Below are positions 1-11,900 of a stretch of 64,000 bases of DNA, in pieces (the stretch's first letter is position 1; each line of letters starts with the position of its first letter). Below the pieces are notes generated by a model. That model did not search any database, was not told the DNA's origin, and was given only the letters and a program-made list of their open reading frames with translations. This DNA comes from Bugula neritina. Taxonomy: Eukaryota; Animalia; Bryozoa. The translations under genes and the position numbers were made by a program. Where the stretch lies: NCBI GenBank assembly GCA_964035545.1, contig OZ037765.1, forward strand, positions 6,954,698 through 7,018,697, written 5' to 3'.

Positions 1-3000
1 TGGAGAAATATTTTCAGATAAAATCATCAAAAGCTGAATCTGAAAACAAAGGAGATTCTTCAACCGACGATGGAGATGAATTTTCTGGACCAGTTTTGCA
101 ATACATACCTTGGGTCGGTGCATTACACTTAACTTAGTCTTAAAGTTGCCATTAAGTGGTTGCGGTTACCAGCATAAATAATAGATACATTATACCAATA
201 CTTACTCTTAGTATAAATATTACCATTACTATTACTATTACTATTACTATTACTATTACTATTACTATTAGTATTAATCATTTAGTGGCCTTCGCCAAGG
301 CTATCACTATCAGTATCAATATCATCACTATCACTATGTAGTATGTGACTACCACTATGAGTATGGGTATGACTCTAAAAGTAAAAGCAGATTAAAAATA
401 CAATACTCAGTCTCATACTCATAGTCAATGTCATACTAACAGTAATACTCATAAAAAAATAAACAAAGAAAAATAATTTTAATTTAGTTGATAATTTAAA
501 GATGCTTATGCCTAGTCATTATCAATACCATTGTCATTATAATTTTGTTTGAAGAACTGGCATCAACAGTAAACCTAAAAATAAATACAGCAAAACTGAA
601 TAATTAATAAATTATTATTAGGCTACTTATATAAATTATCAAACAATTATTTTAATTAATGTACTTTGTTAATTTAACACAGCTTATTATCTGAATTCTT
701 TTTTGATAACAAATAGCATACATCCACATAAAGCTGACAAGCATGAGCTAAATGGAGATTCAAGAAGTTAAATACTACTAAGTAGTATAATTGGACCTGT
801 AAATAGTAATGCTTATCAACTCTGCACCTCGCAAGCAGCTCCTCCTTACTACCCCCTACAGTCACTGGAGTAAACTGCTGCTTAGTCTAGGGCATCAGCA
901 TCTCACCCTTTGTTGAGCAACATAATTTAACACAATATAGTAATCGGTTTCTAGTCTGAGAATCTATTGATCTGTCCATTTGATGCTACTGAAGCAGTAT
1001 AAATGTCATGGATCTGTTGTTAGTGCAAGTTATTTTGCTTAAGCTTTACTCTTTGTGGTAGATCTGTTACTTGTAATACAGTTCTCAGAGAGTGTAGTCC
1101 TCTGACCATCTTATTTTATGAAAGTTTTATATTTATCTGTATATAAGAATGTAATGTACTCATTGTTCTCTTCATCATAGATGGAACTTGTAAGTTATTT
1201 AGAATAAATATGCTTCGTATATACAATTAATATCCAGGAAGAAGGTGCATGCCTATCAACTGCAGTGTATTGCTGCAAGTCGGAAAAAGTAATACATGAG
1301 TTTCAGTTTTGTTCAGCAAGTTTCAAGTTCAAAATAAACTTAGTTTTAGTTATACACTCACTGCATATAAATTTGGAGTTGTGTGCACTATTTAGGTAGA
1401 GAAATATCGTCCTGCAAAGATAGAAGAAGTTGCCCACCAAGAAGAGGTCCTGGCTGTACTGCGATCCTGTCTCAAAGGAAGTGATGTACCACACATGCTT
1501 TTCTACGGGCCACCGGGTACTGGGAAGACAACTACCATTTTGGCTTTCTGCAAGGAGTTATATGGCGTAGATTTCTGGAGGTTAGTCTCATTAGAGATGG
1601 CTATGATTAGCTAGGCAGAGCACATGATTGATATTGGATAGCTACTTACAAAGTCAAGTTCTAACTCTAGCTTTTATTGTTTGTTTACCTCTAATATACA
1701 TTATACTTCACCTTCTAATATAAATATACATTATACTACACTTTCTAATATAAATATACATTATACTTCACCTGCTAATATAAATATACACTTTATTTCA
1801 ATTTATTTCTTTAAAATTTAGTTGTGATTATTTCCAGAGAGCGAGTGTTAGAGCTTAATGCATCAGATGAAAGAGGCATATCTGTGGTGAGACATAAAAT
1901 AAAGACATTTGCTGGAACAGCTGTGAGCACGACCCGGCCAGATGGTACCCCATGCCCTTCTTTCAAAGTTGTTATTTTGGATGAAGCTGACTCTATGACT
2001 AATGCAGCCCAGTCAGCGCTGAGACGCACAATGGAAGTTCATTCTAAGTCTACCAGGTATGTGTTGTAGTAGTTGATGAGGTGTTATAAACAGTAGATCC
2101 ACAAAATTATGTAAAAATAAAACAATTTATGAGTAGGCAACTCCTATTTTTTCATTTTTTTTTCATGCATACAGTTTGAATAAAAAGAAAACTCACACAA
2201 GTTTATAGTCGCTATCCCTGTGAGAAACCCCTGATGGAAATGGTTTTTGTTAAAGCGAGCTAAAGACTTATTCAGATGAGGCACAGGAACAATTATGACT
2301 GGATGCTCTTCCTAACATCACCAATGGCCTATGTCGGGGTTCGAACCCATAACTTCGTGTTCACTAAGCAAACGCTCTAACCCCTAGACCACGGCTGCTC
2401 CCTAGTATAATGAAATTTTTATATAAAAGTTTTTGGTTGTTGAGAGTATGTGGTATTTCCTTGGAATTGCAAGCTTCTGATAATTTGGTATCAAAAATAG
2501 AATGGTTGTTGACATCCTTATAGTTCCCATGTCTAATCTGCCACGAAAGTCATGATATAGCGTTGAAGAACTTATATTACAGGTTTTGTCTCATCTGCAA
2601 CTACGTGAGCAGAATTATTGACCCAATCACGTCGCGATGCGCCAAGTTCAGATTCAAACCTCTCTCGGAGGAGCACATGGGCAGACGGTATGTGTGACAT
2701 AGCATTGTGTGATATAGCATTGTGTGACATAGTGTTGTGTGACATAGTATTGTGTGACATATCGTTGTGTGACATAGCATTGTGTGAGATAGTTTTGCGT
2801 GACATTGTATTGTGTGACATAGTGTTGTGTGACATAGTATTGTGTGACATAGCGTTGTGTGATATAGTATTGTGTGACATAGTTTTGCATGACATTGTAT
2901 TGTGTGACATAGCATTTTATGACATAGTGTTGTGTGACATTGCGTGACATAGTATTGTGTGACGTAGCATTGTGTGTTTTAGTTTCTACTGTATGAACAG

Positions 3001-4270
3001 TAGCCCTGTAGACTGCACAGGTGCAGCTTTTGTAGAGCACGCTACATGTATACTCTTGAAGTTGTTAGAGTACAGGAAATATGCTACAAAACATGACAAT
3101 ACAATCTACAATGCTCTATGGCACCATAATATGCAGCCCATTATTCTTTAATCTTAGCACTGATGCCTGTCATATCTTGTTAGGTTGAAGATGATTGCTG
3201 ACAGTGAGTCTGTAGACATCAATGAAGAAGCTATACAGGCATTACTTGAGTTTAGTGAAGGGGACATGAGAAAGTCTATCACATTTCTTCAGGTACAGAT
3301 ACTTCCAAATTATTGATGGCTAGACTTTATGATCCTTTATTTATTTATAGGATGAAGCATTCTCTTTATTGCACTCGTATATCTGTATATATTATGTTTA
3401 TAAGTATATTTTTATGTCTTTTTGTATGTTTGTATGTTTATGGATATATTATGTATGTATATGTATTTATCTATGTAGCCTATATGTATTTATGAGTATA
3501 TGCGTCTATCAAGCATATCATTTTAAACTCTGAAATTAAAATAACTCTACAATAATTGTAACTGATATGTATAAAAACTGGACTATCATGATTAGGTGAT
3601 ACAATGGGAGATCAGATTACCTGCTTTGATTTTCCACGTAACTTTAAATAATCCCAGCAGTGTAATTTGCAATATGGCCTGTTGGATAATTTCACTGTTG
3701 GGATTTTATGACCTAGCAATATCCTGTCTAGCAGGCCTGAAATGGGGAGTTTATGACACCCGTAATTGCTTGTTCTATATACATGCAGGCACTCCTGTGT
3801 TTTTGTGCCTCTTTTCTGACATGTAACACTACCACCTCAAATATACTCTGGGAAGGTTGGCTCGTATTTCACGTATTGTCAATCATATTGTGTGAATAGA
3901 CTGACTTCTCTTATTGCAGTGTGTGGCTAAATTAAGAGCTGGACAGACGATTGTTAAGGAAGACATTTTAGAAGTATCTGGATGTATTGACCAATCAGTG
4001 ATTGACAATTGGATTACAATCAGCTTTTCTGGCAGCTTTGATCAGGCGCAATGCTTCATTCAACAGGTGATAGCTGACGGTTTCGCTGCCAATCAACTTC
4101 TCAGTCAGCTGCACGACGCTATTATTGCCAACGAACAGTTGGGTGACTCTCAAAAAGCAAAGGTTATGGAAAAGATATCTCTTTGTGACAAGAGACTGAT
4201 GGACGGTGCATGCGAGTATTTTCAACTCTTGGATGTTACTTGTGAGATGATGAAATGTGAGCTCAGCTAA
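1..4270 (+). CDS. RFC4: Replication factor C subunit 4 (RFC37-type clamp loader subunit), 6 coding exons, ~360 aa; the A of the ATG lies just outside the window
   Basis: Exons <1-113, 1396-1580, 1838-2056, 2583-2687, 3184-3292, 3920-4270 join in frame at GT-AG sites. Motifs: PWVEKYRP, Walker [20 protein letters not shown], Walker [13 protein letters not shown] motif ([10 protein letters not shown]), EGDMRKSIT. Confidence 0.95.
215..270. repeat. (TATTAC)n hexamer microsatellite in RFC4 intron 1
   Basis: Tandem TATTAC units read directly; explains the spurious ITITIT ORF at 156-341. Confidence 0.9.
1690..1792. repeat. ~30-bp minisatellite, about 3.5 copies (CTAATATAAATATACATTATACTTCACCTT)
   Basis: Direct tandem copies in RFC4 intron 2. 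Confidence 0.85.
2185..2402 (-). mobile_element. tRNA-derived SINE, family A, copy 1
   Basis: Minus strand reads A-box TGGTCTAGGGG, B-box GGTTCGAACCC, core TGGTGATGTTAGGAAGAGCATCCAGTCATAA and tail TTTCTCACAGGGATAGCGACTATAAAC; colinear with the copy at 9775-9983. Confidence 0.8.
2690..2976. repeat. 15-bp minisatellite (TGTGTGACATAGTAT)n, about 19 copies, starting at the RFC4 exon 4 donor
   Basis: Direct tandem units; produces the repetitive ORFs at 2572-3040. Confidence 0.95.
3649..3707 (+). ncRNA. Candidate intronic pre-miRNA-like hairpin
   Basis: AATCCCAGCAGTG (3650-3662) pairs with CACTGTTGGGATT (3693-3705); further AATT/AATT and CAATA/TGTTG pairing leads to a short loop; total about 59 nt. 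Confidence 0.35.
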
Positions 4271-4533
4271 ATCATTTTGTGCTCAAATTTTCTAAGCATT
4301 TTTTTCATATGTCATAATTTTGTAATATTATAATACTGTAAATATACATATATATTCAAAGGTATCAGCTGCGTTAGTAGATTTTCTTTTGTGTCTACTG
4401 CATTGCTTGTATATGAAAATCGGGAGTACTTTAACCGAGACTGAAGGCTATTTTACTGTGAACCCTTTGTAATTCAAAATTGTGTTTTACTGATTTGCTC
4501 TGCCAGCTGTCGTCAGTTTACAAGGTGACAATT

Positions 4534-7500
4534 ATGCTTAATTTAAAGTTAATTTTCTTCTTAACTGTCTCTTCAATATGCGCTGAGCGCACATTGCGAG
4601 GAACTTGCTCCTACAACAATCATACCTGTGAAATCATAACAGATGCTGGTAACAGTTCCACCGTATCGGATATTTATGAAACGGTGAAGTTAATCTCTCA
4701 AAAACTTGATGAACATTATTTACCTCCTGCAACGTCTGAAGGTAAGGGGCTGAAGCAGCATTCTGTCCAGCAGGTAGATGGTGTGTCATTACAGGAGTGT
4801 GACGAGAGTGCGCTAGACGACTTCACATTGCTGACAGCCCTTCAGCAGCGGATTAATGCAAGAGAGAAACGAATCGCAACTTTACAGAATGCCCAAGATG
4901 AACTCAATGAAAAATTTGAAAATGTGGTTAAAGAAAACGATGAGTACAATTCTACTCTAAATTTGAAGAATAGTCAACTGCAATCCTGCATGAGTGAAAA
5001 TCAGGACACAAGAATGGCTGTTCTGGGTCTAGAGAGAGATTTGGCTGATAGTAAGATGGAAATATTGAGTTTAGAGGAACTTCGTTGGAATTTTAGCGAA
5101 CTAAACAAGAACATGACTAAATGCGAAACAAGTTTTACTGAAGTGAAAAAAGTTTTATCTTTACTTCCACCCCAGCACTCTCTACGTTTAAATGACGTGC
5201 CTGTGAATAGCCCGAGACGAGACAAGCTAACTGCAGATAGTTATATCGAAACATTAGAAAGGAATATTAGAAATGTGATAAGTCACATGAAGGCCCAGAG
5301 TAACACAATCTCAGCTCTGGAACAACAGCTACAAGATGCTCAAGAAGAGCAGAGAAGATTGGAGATAGCTTTGAAGGATCTGACAAGTGATTGTGATGAC
5401 AAATATACCATCTGCGCCAATAGTGTTGCGGCGTGGAAGTTGAGGTATGATGAGATGATGAAGAAACGAAAGACAGTAGTTCAACCACCGCTACAAGATG
5501 ATTGCTTTAGAAGTAAGTAGATTTTTATACTATGCCGAACACCGTAAAATAACATATAATATAAAGCATATATATAATATATTTAGCATCAGTAGAGGTG
5601 AAAATGAGATAGCCTAAGTTCTTTAATTCTTTTATTAAATTTTGGTTTGAGGTGTAGGTTGAAATTCACGGAAGAACATAATTTCTTTTATGACATTTCT
5701 ATTCTAGAACACAGGCTTTTATCAATTTCCCCATTGCTGCATATAATGTATATTGCAATATATAACATAATATAAGGTAACACACAGCATATAATATATT
5801 ATGATAATGGATAGCATAGAAAATGGTGTGCTGCATACTAAAATTGTTGCATTGTTTTGAGTTTGAGATTTACCATCCAATTCAGCTTATCCATATCATT
5901 AAATTTTGTTCAGCTTTGCAAGTTGTGTTTAGTGGGAAATATCCAAGTGATAAAAAAACTTCTTAGTCATTGCCTACTGTTGGTAGGCATACATGACCCT
6001 GTCTTATATCAGTTTAAAGTACATAACTCTAACTACATTATCTGTGTTCTTTCTCCACCGTATAGCTATAGAAGCTGACTTCTGCAGTTTTGAGGAGAGT
6101 GACTCTACACAGGGTGAAACGTGTTGGTTCAGGAAGGTTTCCAGTTCCGATTATTTCTGGAGAGTTGTGAGCAACAGACAGTTGAGTCGACACAGGAGAC
6201 ACAAGTATATTACTGACCACACCTGTGATAGCAATCTAGGTGAGACCTCAATAAGCGAGCTAGACAGCTGGTAATCTTAAGATTTAAGGCTAACCAATGT
6301 AAATATATTCTGTAAGAGTAACAGACAAAGTTTATAGTTTATTAGGTAAACCCAGACAAGCATATAATGTGAGTGTGTAATGGAATGTGCAGAATTAGCA
6401 TATAGTTTAGGATGTAGTTTGAATTGTTCCCTGCATTCATGAGCTTTACTTATTTTTTACATAGCAATTTTTTAGAACTGCACAAAGTAAATGTAAATAT
6501 TCAAATACATTTATATTGTAAGTTTATAGCTATTGTATTTTAAATGAGTTTTTTTGTTGAATAATAATTTTATTTGATAATCGAACTAATTATACTCATT
6601 GTTTAAGACCTAACTTTACAGAGAGAGCACACTAATAGACTCATGAACTAATTATTTGCTTAAAGCAAACACAAATTTATACACACTGTCAGTAGCATAA
6701 ATCGAAGCCTTTTGATTTTTATAAATATTGTATGGATATGTAGTTTTATATTGTTTTATAAAATTCTTTAGTATTTTACAGAGTTGGATTTATTGCCACA
6801 TCATACGTATTGTAGGCCGGTTTCTGTTCTTGGATCTATCAAGGTTGGCGTCAGGTCAGGAGGCTAAGCTGACCACAGTACCATTGTATTCTGAGAAGAT
6901 TCAGTGTTTCTCATTCTGGTACAAAGTTGACTATGAGTTCAACATTGGCAAGTTTTTCCTCACGGTTCTGGTGAGTAGGTTTGCTATGTACACTGCTGTC
7001 AAGCTAATATGACCATCAATAAGTTTTTTATTCTTGTTAAAACATTTTAAAAACTTTATTTTACTTTAAATACAGTACCAACATTTTAAAATGTCTTGTT
7101 TTTTAATGCTAAAGAAAAATTGCATAAGCCTTAAGTTTTCTTGGTTTTCAATGCTGTTCAGAATTTTTTTATTTAATCATTGATGAGATTGATTCTTTTC
7201 ACTGCCTAAACTTCTTATTGGTGTCATATTTACTATTATTTCTGCAGCAGTTGTAGCAACCTGTTGCAACAATACGTCTCTCATCATATTTCAGAATCGT
7301 ATACATTGCCTCATAGACTACATAGTCTTGACACAAAATACGCACAATATAATATGTTTCATTGCAAGGTCAGAAATACATTAGTATTGAGATATCTTAT
7401 ATCTTTTGTAACAATGCATACCAGAAGTGTGAAAGTTAAGTGTGTGGATCATTTTCATCATAATTATGGTGAAAATGATAGCATACTATTGTTATGTGGT

Positions 7501-7961
7501 TTCAAGGGTAAAAGGTTAAGCAACTTGACTACAATAACCTTTTCCAAATCTTTTCTTTCGACACAATAATATACATACATTAACATCATAGTATACAAAA
7601 ATTACTACAAGGTTTACACTTTCATGAGCTCATTATGCAACACATTTCTGTTCAACACTGCGTGACATGACCTATTAGGTATTCATTTTCCTTCTTCAAT
7701 TTTGATACACTACAAGTTTCTAAAATAGCTGGTCATGTGACATTTCAGATGGATACAGGGAAAACTGCCACATTCAGTAATCACATTACTGTGTGGAGTC
7801 AAGACGTGTCCAGGAGGAGAGAGTGGCAGTTTGTGGAAGTTGAAATACCTTTCAGTGTGGGAGAAAATGGCTTCAAAATAGAGTTTACAGCAGAGAGCAA
7901 TGGTGCAGGTTATGTTGCAGTTGATGACTTGGCATTTAAGCAAGGTTCTTGTCATATTTAG
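4534..7961 (+). CDS. Secreted protein: signal peptide, long coiled coil and one C-terminal MAM domain, ~506 aa
   Basis: Exons 4534-5512, 6066(or 6072)-6239, 6816-6970, 7749-7961 join in frame. Hydrophobic N-terminus MLNLKLIFFLTVSSICA; heptad-rich middle; MAM signature CSFE..C..W..DHT..GRFLFLD..CFSFWY..VWS..W.FVEV..GYVAVDDL..GSC. Confidence 0.88.
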
Positions 7962-8957
7962 CAATTAACAACTACTATTACAGCGTGACACTGCATATTA
8001 TAGGCAGCGCTGGTCTCCTATATCATCCTCATGTTGCATGTTTTACTAACACTATTATCATTTTTGAAATCTTGTCACACATAATTAAATGATATTTTTA
8101 GAATTTAGGATAATATTTCCACACAACACTGATTTTTGTTATAGATATTCAAAAGAAATACAGTTTATCAATTTTATTAAGAATATATTTAAAACTTCCA
8201 CTGCAAGTCTGTAGATATGCTAAAAAAACTTCTATACTACTCTAAGTAAACGTGCATATTATAAAAAAATTAAAATTACAATCAATAGTTGGTGTGTGAA
8301 AAACATAACTAAGTACCACAAACGGTGATTAGCATTAGAATCTTGTTGAGCTGTGAGTAGTCTGTGAAACCAATCACTTGAAAAAACATTTTATTAAAGA
8401 AAATTATTGTATACCAAGATCATTAACAAAATAATTGAGAAAAATAGGAAAAAAGCGGTTGTATATGAAACACATTTTATGGATGTACAGTAGTTGATGG
8501 GTTTTCAAGTCTTGCCAACAACGCCATTTCAAAAAACAGAGATTAAAAGTACACTGCGTTTAATTTATTTTTTACAGAAAGATGTCATGTTGTTGAATCA
8601 AATAAAATTATAAATAATAATGTTTGATATACAATAATACTTATTATTTAACTTCATCTTTGTTGGAGGCAAACTTTAGAGAAACTGTAAGAAATTATCG
8701 GCAGGACTCTTCAATGCATAATTAACTAAGGGGCAAATATACTATAAGAAATAAAATTAATTGAAAAATTAAATAAAGTCTCTTAAAACTTTGATTGTAA
8801 TCATTGGATTCATATAAAGTGCTATAAAATAGAGTAAGAAGACACTGAAAACATCACACTATCAGTGCCAGCGGCTAAAGTGTTGAACTCTGCTTGATTG
8901 GAATTGGTTTTGAGAAACTTGTGCAGTAACCCTGTCCATAGAGATTGCTGAAACTTC

Positions 8958-11900
8958 TTATCTCTTGCAAGTCCACGCACGAGCCTCTGTCAATAAACAT
9001 CTTCACTTAATTATGATATACAAGCTGATTGTGCAGCAATCACAGCAACAGCGCACCAATATAATACATCATACAATGCATACAGTAATTGATGTGTATG
9101 TGACTTCGTAACTTTATGAAAAACAGTGGTTATCTACGCCACAGCAATCTGCATACAATATACAAGTAATTACACCTAATAAAGAATCAAATTCACACAA
9201 CTTTCGTGGCCATCTTCCATGGTACTACGCAGTGATGATGTAAACAATGCATAGCTGCCTCAATTGGCTAAAACAGAAAAGTATCTCCCAAAACTTGCAT
9301 AAAAAGTAGTTTCCTGATTTTTTGCATGTCAAATCTAATGCATAGTTATTTAATGTAAGCACAAAAACTGCACGTTAGTACTGCAAGTATTCTATTATGT
9401 TCAATGAAAACAACATCCACATAGTTTTTTTCAACTGCTTAAAACGTAGACTAAAGCGGAAATTTTTTTTATAAATTTCTGAACTGAAGAACTCACCAGC
9501 TTGTTCCTGCAAAGACAATGGTGTGGCTAAGACATTCTTGATAGCCGCCATCCACTGCTCCCGCTCTTCCTCGCTCTCAGCTGCAAGCGGGTACTCCCTA
9601 GCCGGCACCCGCAGAGTGAATGGAACTCCGCAAGGAGTGCGGCCATTAGGCACACCGTGGTAAATCGTGCAGTCATCACCAGCTTCCCCAAGGAAGATTT
9701 CACCCCTCGCATAGGCACCCTGAAGTACAATTATATACTAATTGTAGCCTACAATTACTTGCAGGTATATAATTATGGTCTAGGAGTTAAAGCGCTCGCT
9801 GGCTTAGTAAACACAAGGCAATGGGTTCGATCCCAGAAAACGCCATAGGTGATGTTAGGAAGGGTATAAAGTCATAATTGCTCCTTTGCCGCAATAGTGA
9901 AAAAGCCCTTAGGCCATTTAAAAATCTTTTCCATCAGGATTTCTCACAGGGATGGCGACTATAAACCCAAGTCGGTCTTTTTTATACATTTATGGTGCCA
10001 GTTTATGAAAAATCCTGAATTCACACAACCATCAGCAATGAAGTGACTGTTTCGATTCCACAACTAAGTGGGGACAACTTTCACGTTGACTGGGCAACTT
10101 ACCCAAGTAACAGCCTAGTATAACAATTGTATATCATTTTACAACAGTTTATACTTTTGCATAATTTTCTATCTAGCTTTCTTTAAAAACTAATAAATAT
10201 GTTTACCCTTAAAAGAGGAAAGGTGTAAAAGTTGGATATTTGTTTTTATGAGTGCACAACTCCAACTAATGTCAAATAACTTGCTGTGATGGTTTTTCCA
10301 ACACATTAGATTATATAAGATAAAAAGTTCGTGAATTCTCACCAGCGGCTCATCAAAATATATGAGTTTTCTCCTGTCAAATGTGAACCAGCGCCTTTTC
10401 CAAGCATCTTTGAGATCAGGTCCAGTTTTGTACAACCAGCCCTCCAATATGAAGTCAGAAGTTAGCCTCTGTACCAACTCGGACTCCTCCACGTGCGGCA
10501 GACCTATACGTAACCTCGTTAGCTTCACATTACGTATGGCCATATACCAGTCTACTATATCCTGTAAGATAACATACACAGCTTACAAGTAATACTGTGC
10601 AATATATTGTGCAGCAAACATCACAATATATGCATATATGATAGAAAGATTTATGTAACTTTAATTTTGCTGTTTTAGTGAGTAGATTGCCTTTTACTTA
10701 CAAATTATAACCCTAAGAATGCAGTTCACTGTAAGAAACGATGTATTTTATTTGTCAAATAAAATACTTTTATTGTGTGTGCATGCGTAGATGTGTTGAT
10801 ACATTTCACCTCATGCTTATAGATAATAATATGTTCTTATGTGATGTGTTTTGATGTGATTGAGCACTCTAACTGTGGTAATGAATGCAAGTCCCATAAT
10901 TCCTAGACTTACTCGAGCTATATTAGTGTGTTGAGCAACTACAAGGTATAATATATATAACAACACTCTTGGTATTTATCTAGCATATTACTGTGTGATA
11001 TATAAACTTAGTCAGTAAACCACTTCACGCTACATATGCTACAGTCTACGCCATACCTAGTATATTACAATATTTATTGAGAGAATTTACACTACTGTAG
11101 TCCATATTTAAGTTTGAATTGGCTCACTCACAGTAATGGAAAAATTGAGAAAAGCCTGTGTTTTAGATTAGAAATGTAACAAAAGAAGTTATGCTCTCAT
11201 GAGAATTTGAAACCTCGGCCAAACCAAATTTTAATAAAAAATTAAAGAACTCTGGCTATTTAAATTACTCAACTACTGCTCCTAAATGAACTCACATTGC
11301 AGCTAATGTGGGTATTTGATGCAGATATACTTGCATCTGCTAGTCTACAAAACACTAACAACTCAATATTTCTATGCTGTGGGAGTGACAAATGGTGAAC
11401 ATATTCAGAAACATATCAGGTTTAGTCATCAACTCATACATCAACACATTTTCACACCAAACTGCTAACTTACAAAAACCAACATAACTGTCTAACTGAA
11501 GGCAACAAAAACTCAATATTGTTCACATAACAAATATAAAAAAAGGCAAACGACAAAATGTTGATATCCATCACCATCAGACTCTTTGTGGATTGTGACT
11601 ATGAAAAATATCTTTCTTTGCCCAAATTGGTGTAAAAATATCGTTTTACAATGGCAATGACTCCAAAAATGTTCAATATTTTTCTAAAACACTTATTCAA
11701 CGCTAGGTTAGCGTAGGGCCACACGACGCTTTTTACACGTTCGTGGCGTGCGAGAAAACCCGTTTAGCCCAAAAATGGGACTTCGTGAGCGGGATTTTCA
11801 TGCGTCTAACATGCTGAGCGAGAAGTACGACAAGCTCGTGCGTGTTTGCTCTAACTGGCTCATTATCATTTAGCAAGCACACCTTTTTTATTTCAAATTA

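Noticed and set aside
2690-2976. CRISPR-like array
   Set aside because: Repeats are contiguous with no unique spacers, there are no cas genes, and the context is a eukaryotic intron.
2572-3040. Four overlapping repetitive ORFs (SHNTM, LCHTI, LCDIV, VTQYY)
   Set aside because: They are translations of an intronic 15-bp minisatellite; RFC4 splices across it in frame.
3780-3831. H/ACA snoRNA
   Set aside because: An ACA-terminated hairpin is present, but there is no ANANNA H box and the pocket is very asymmetric.
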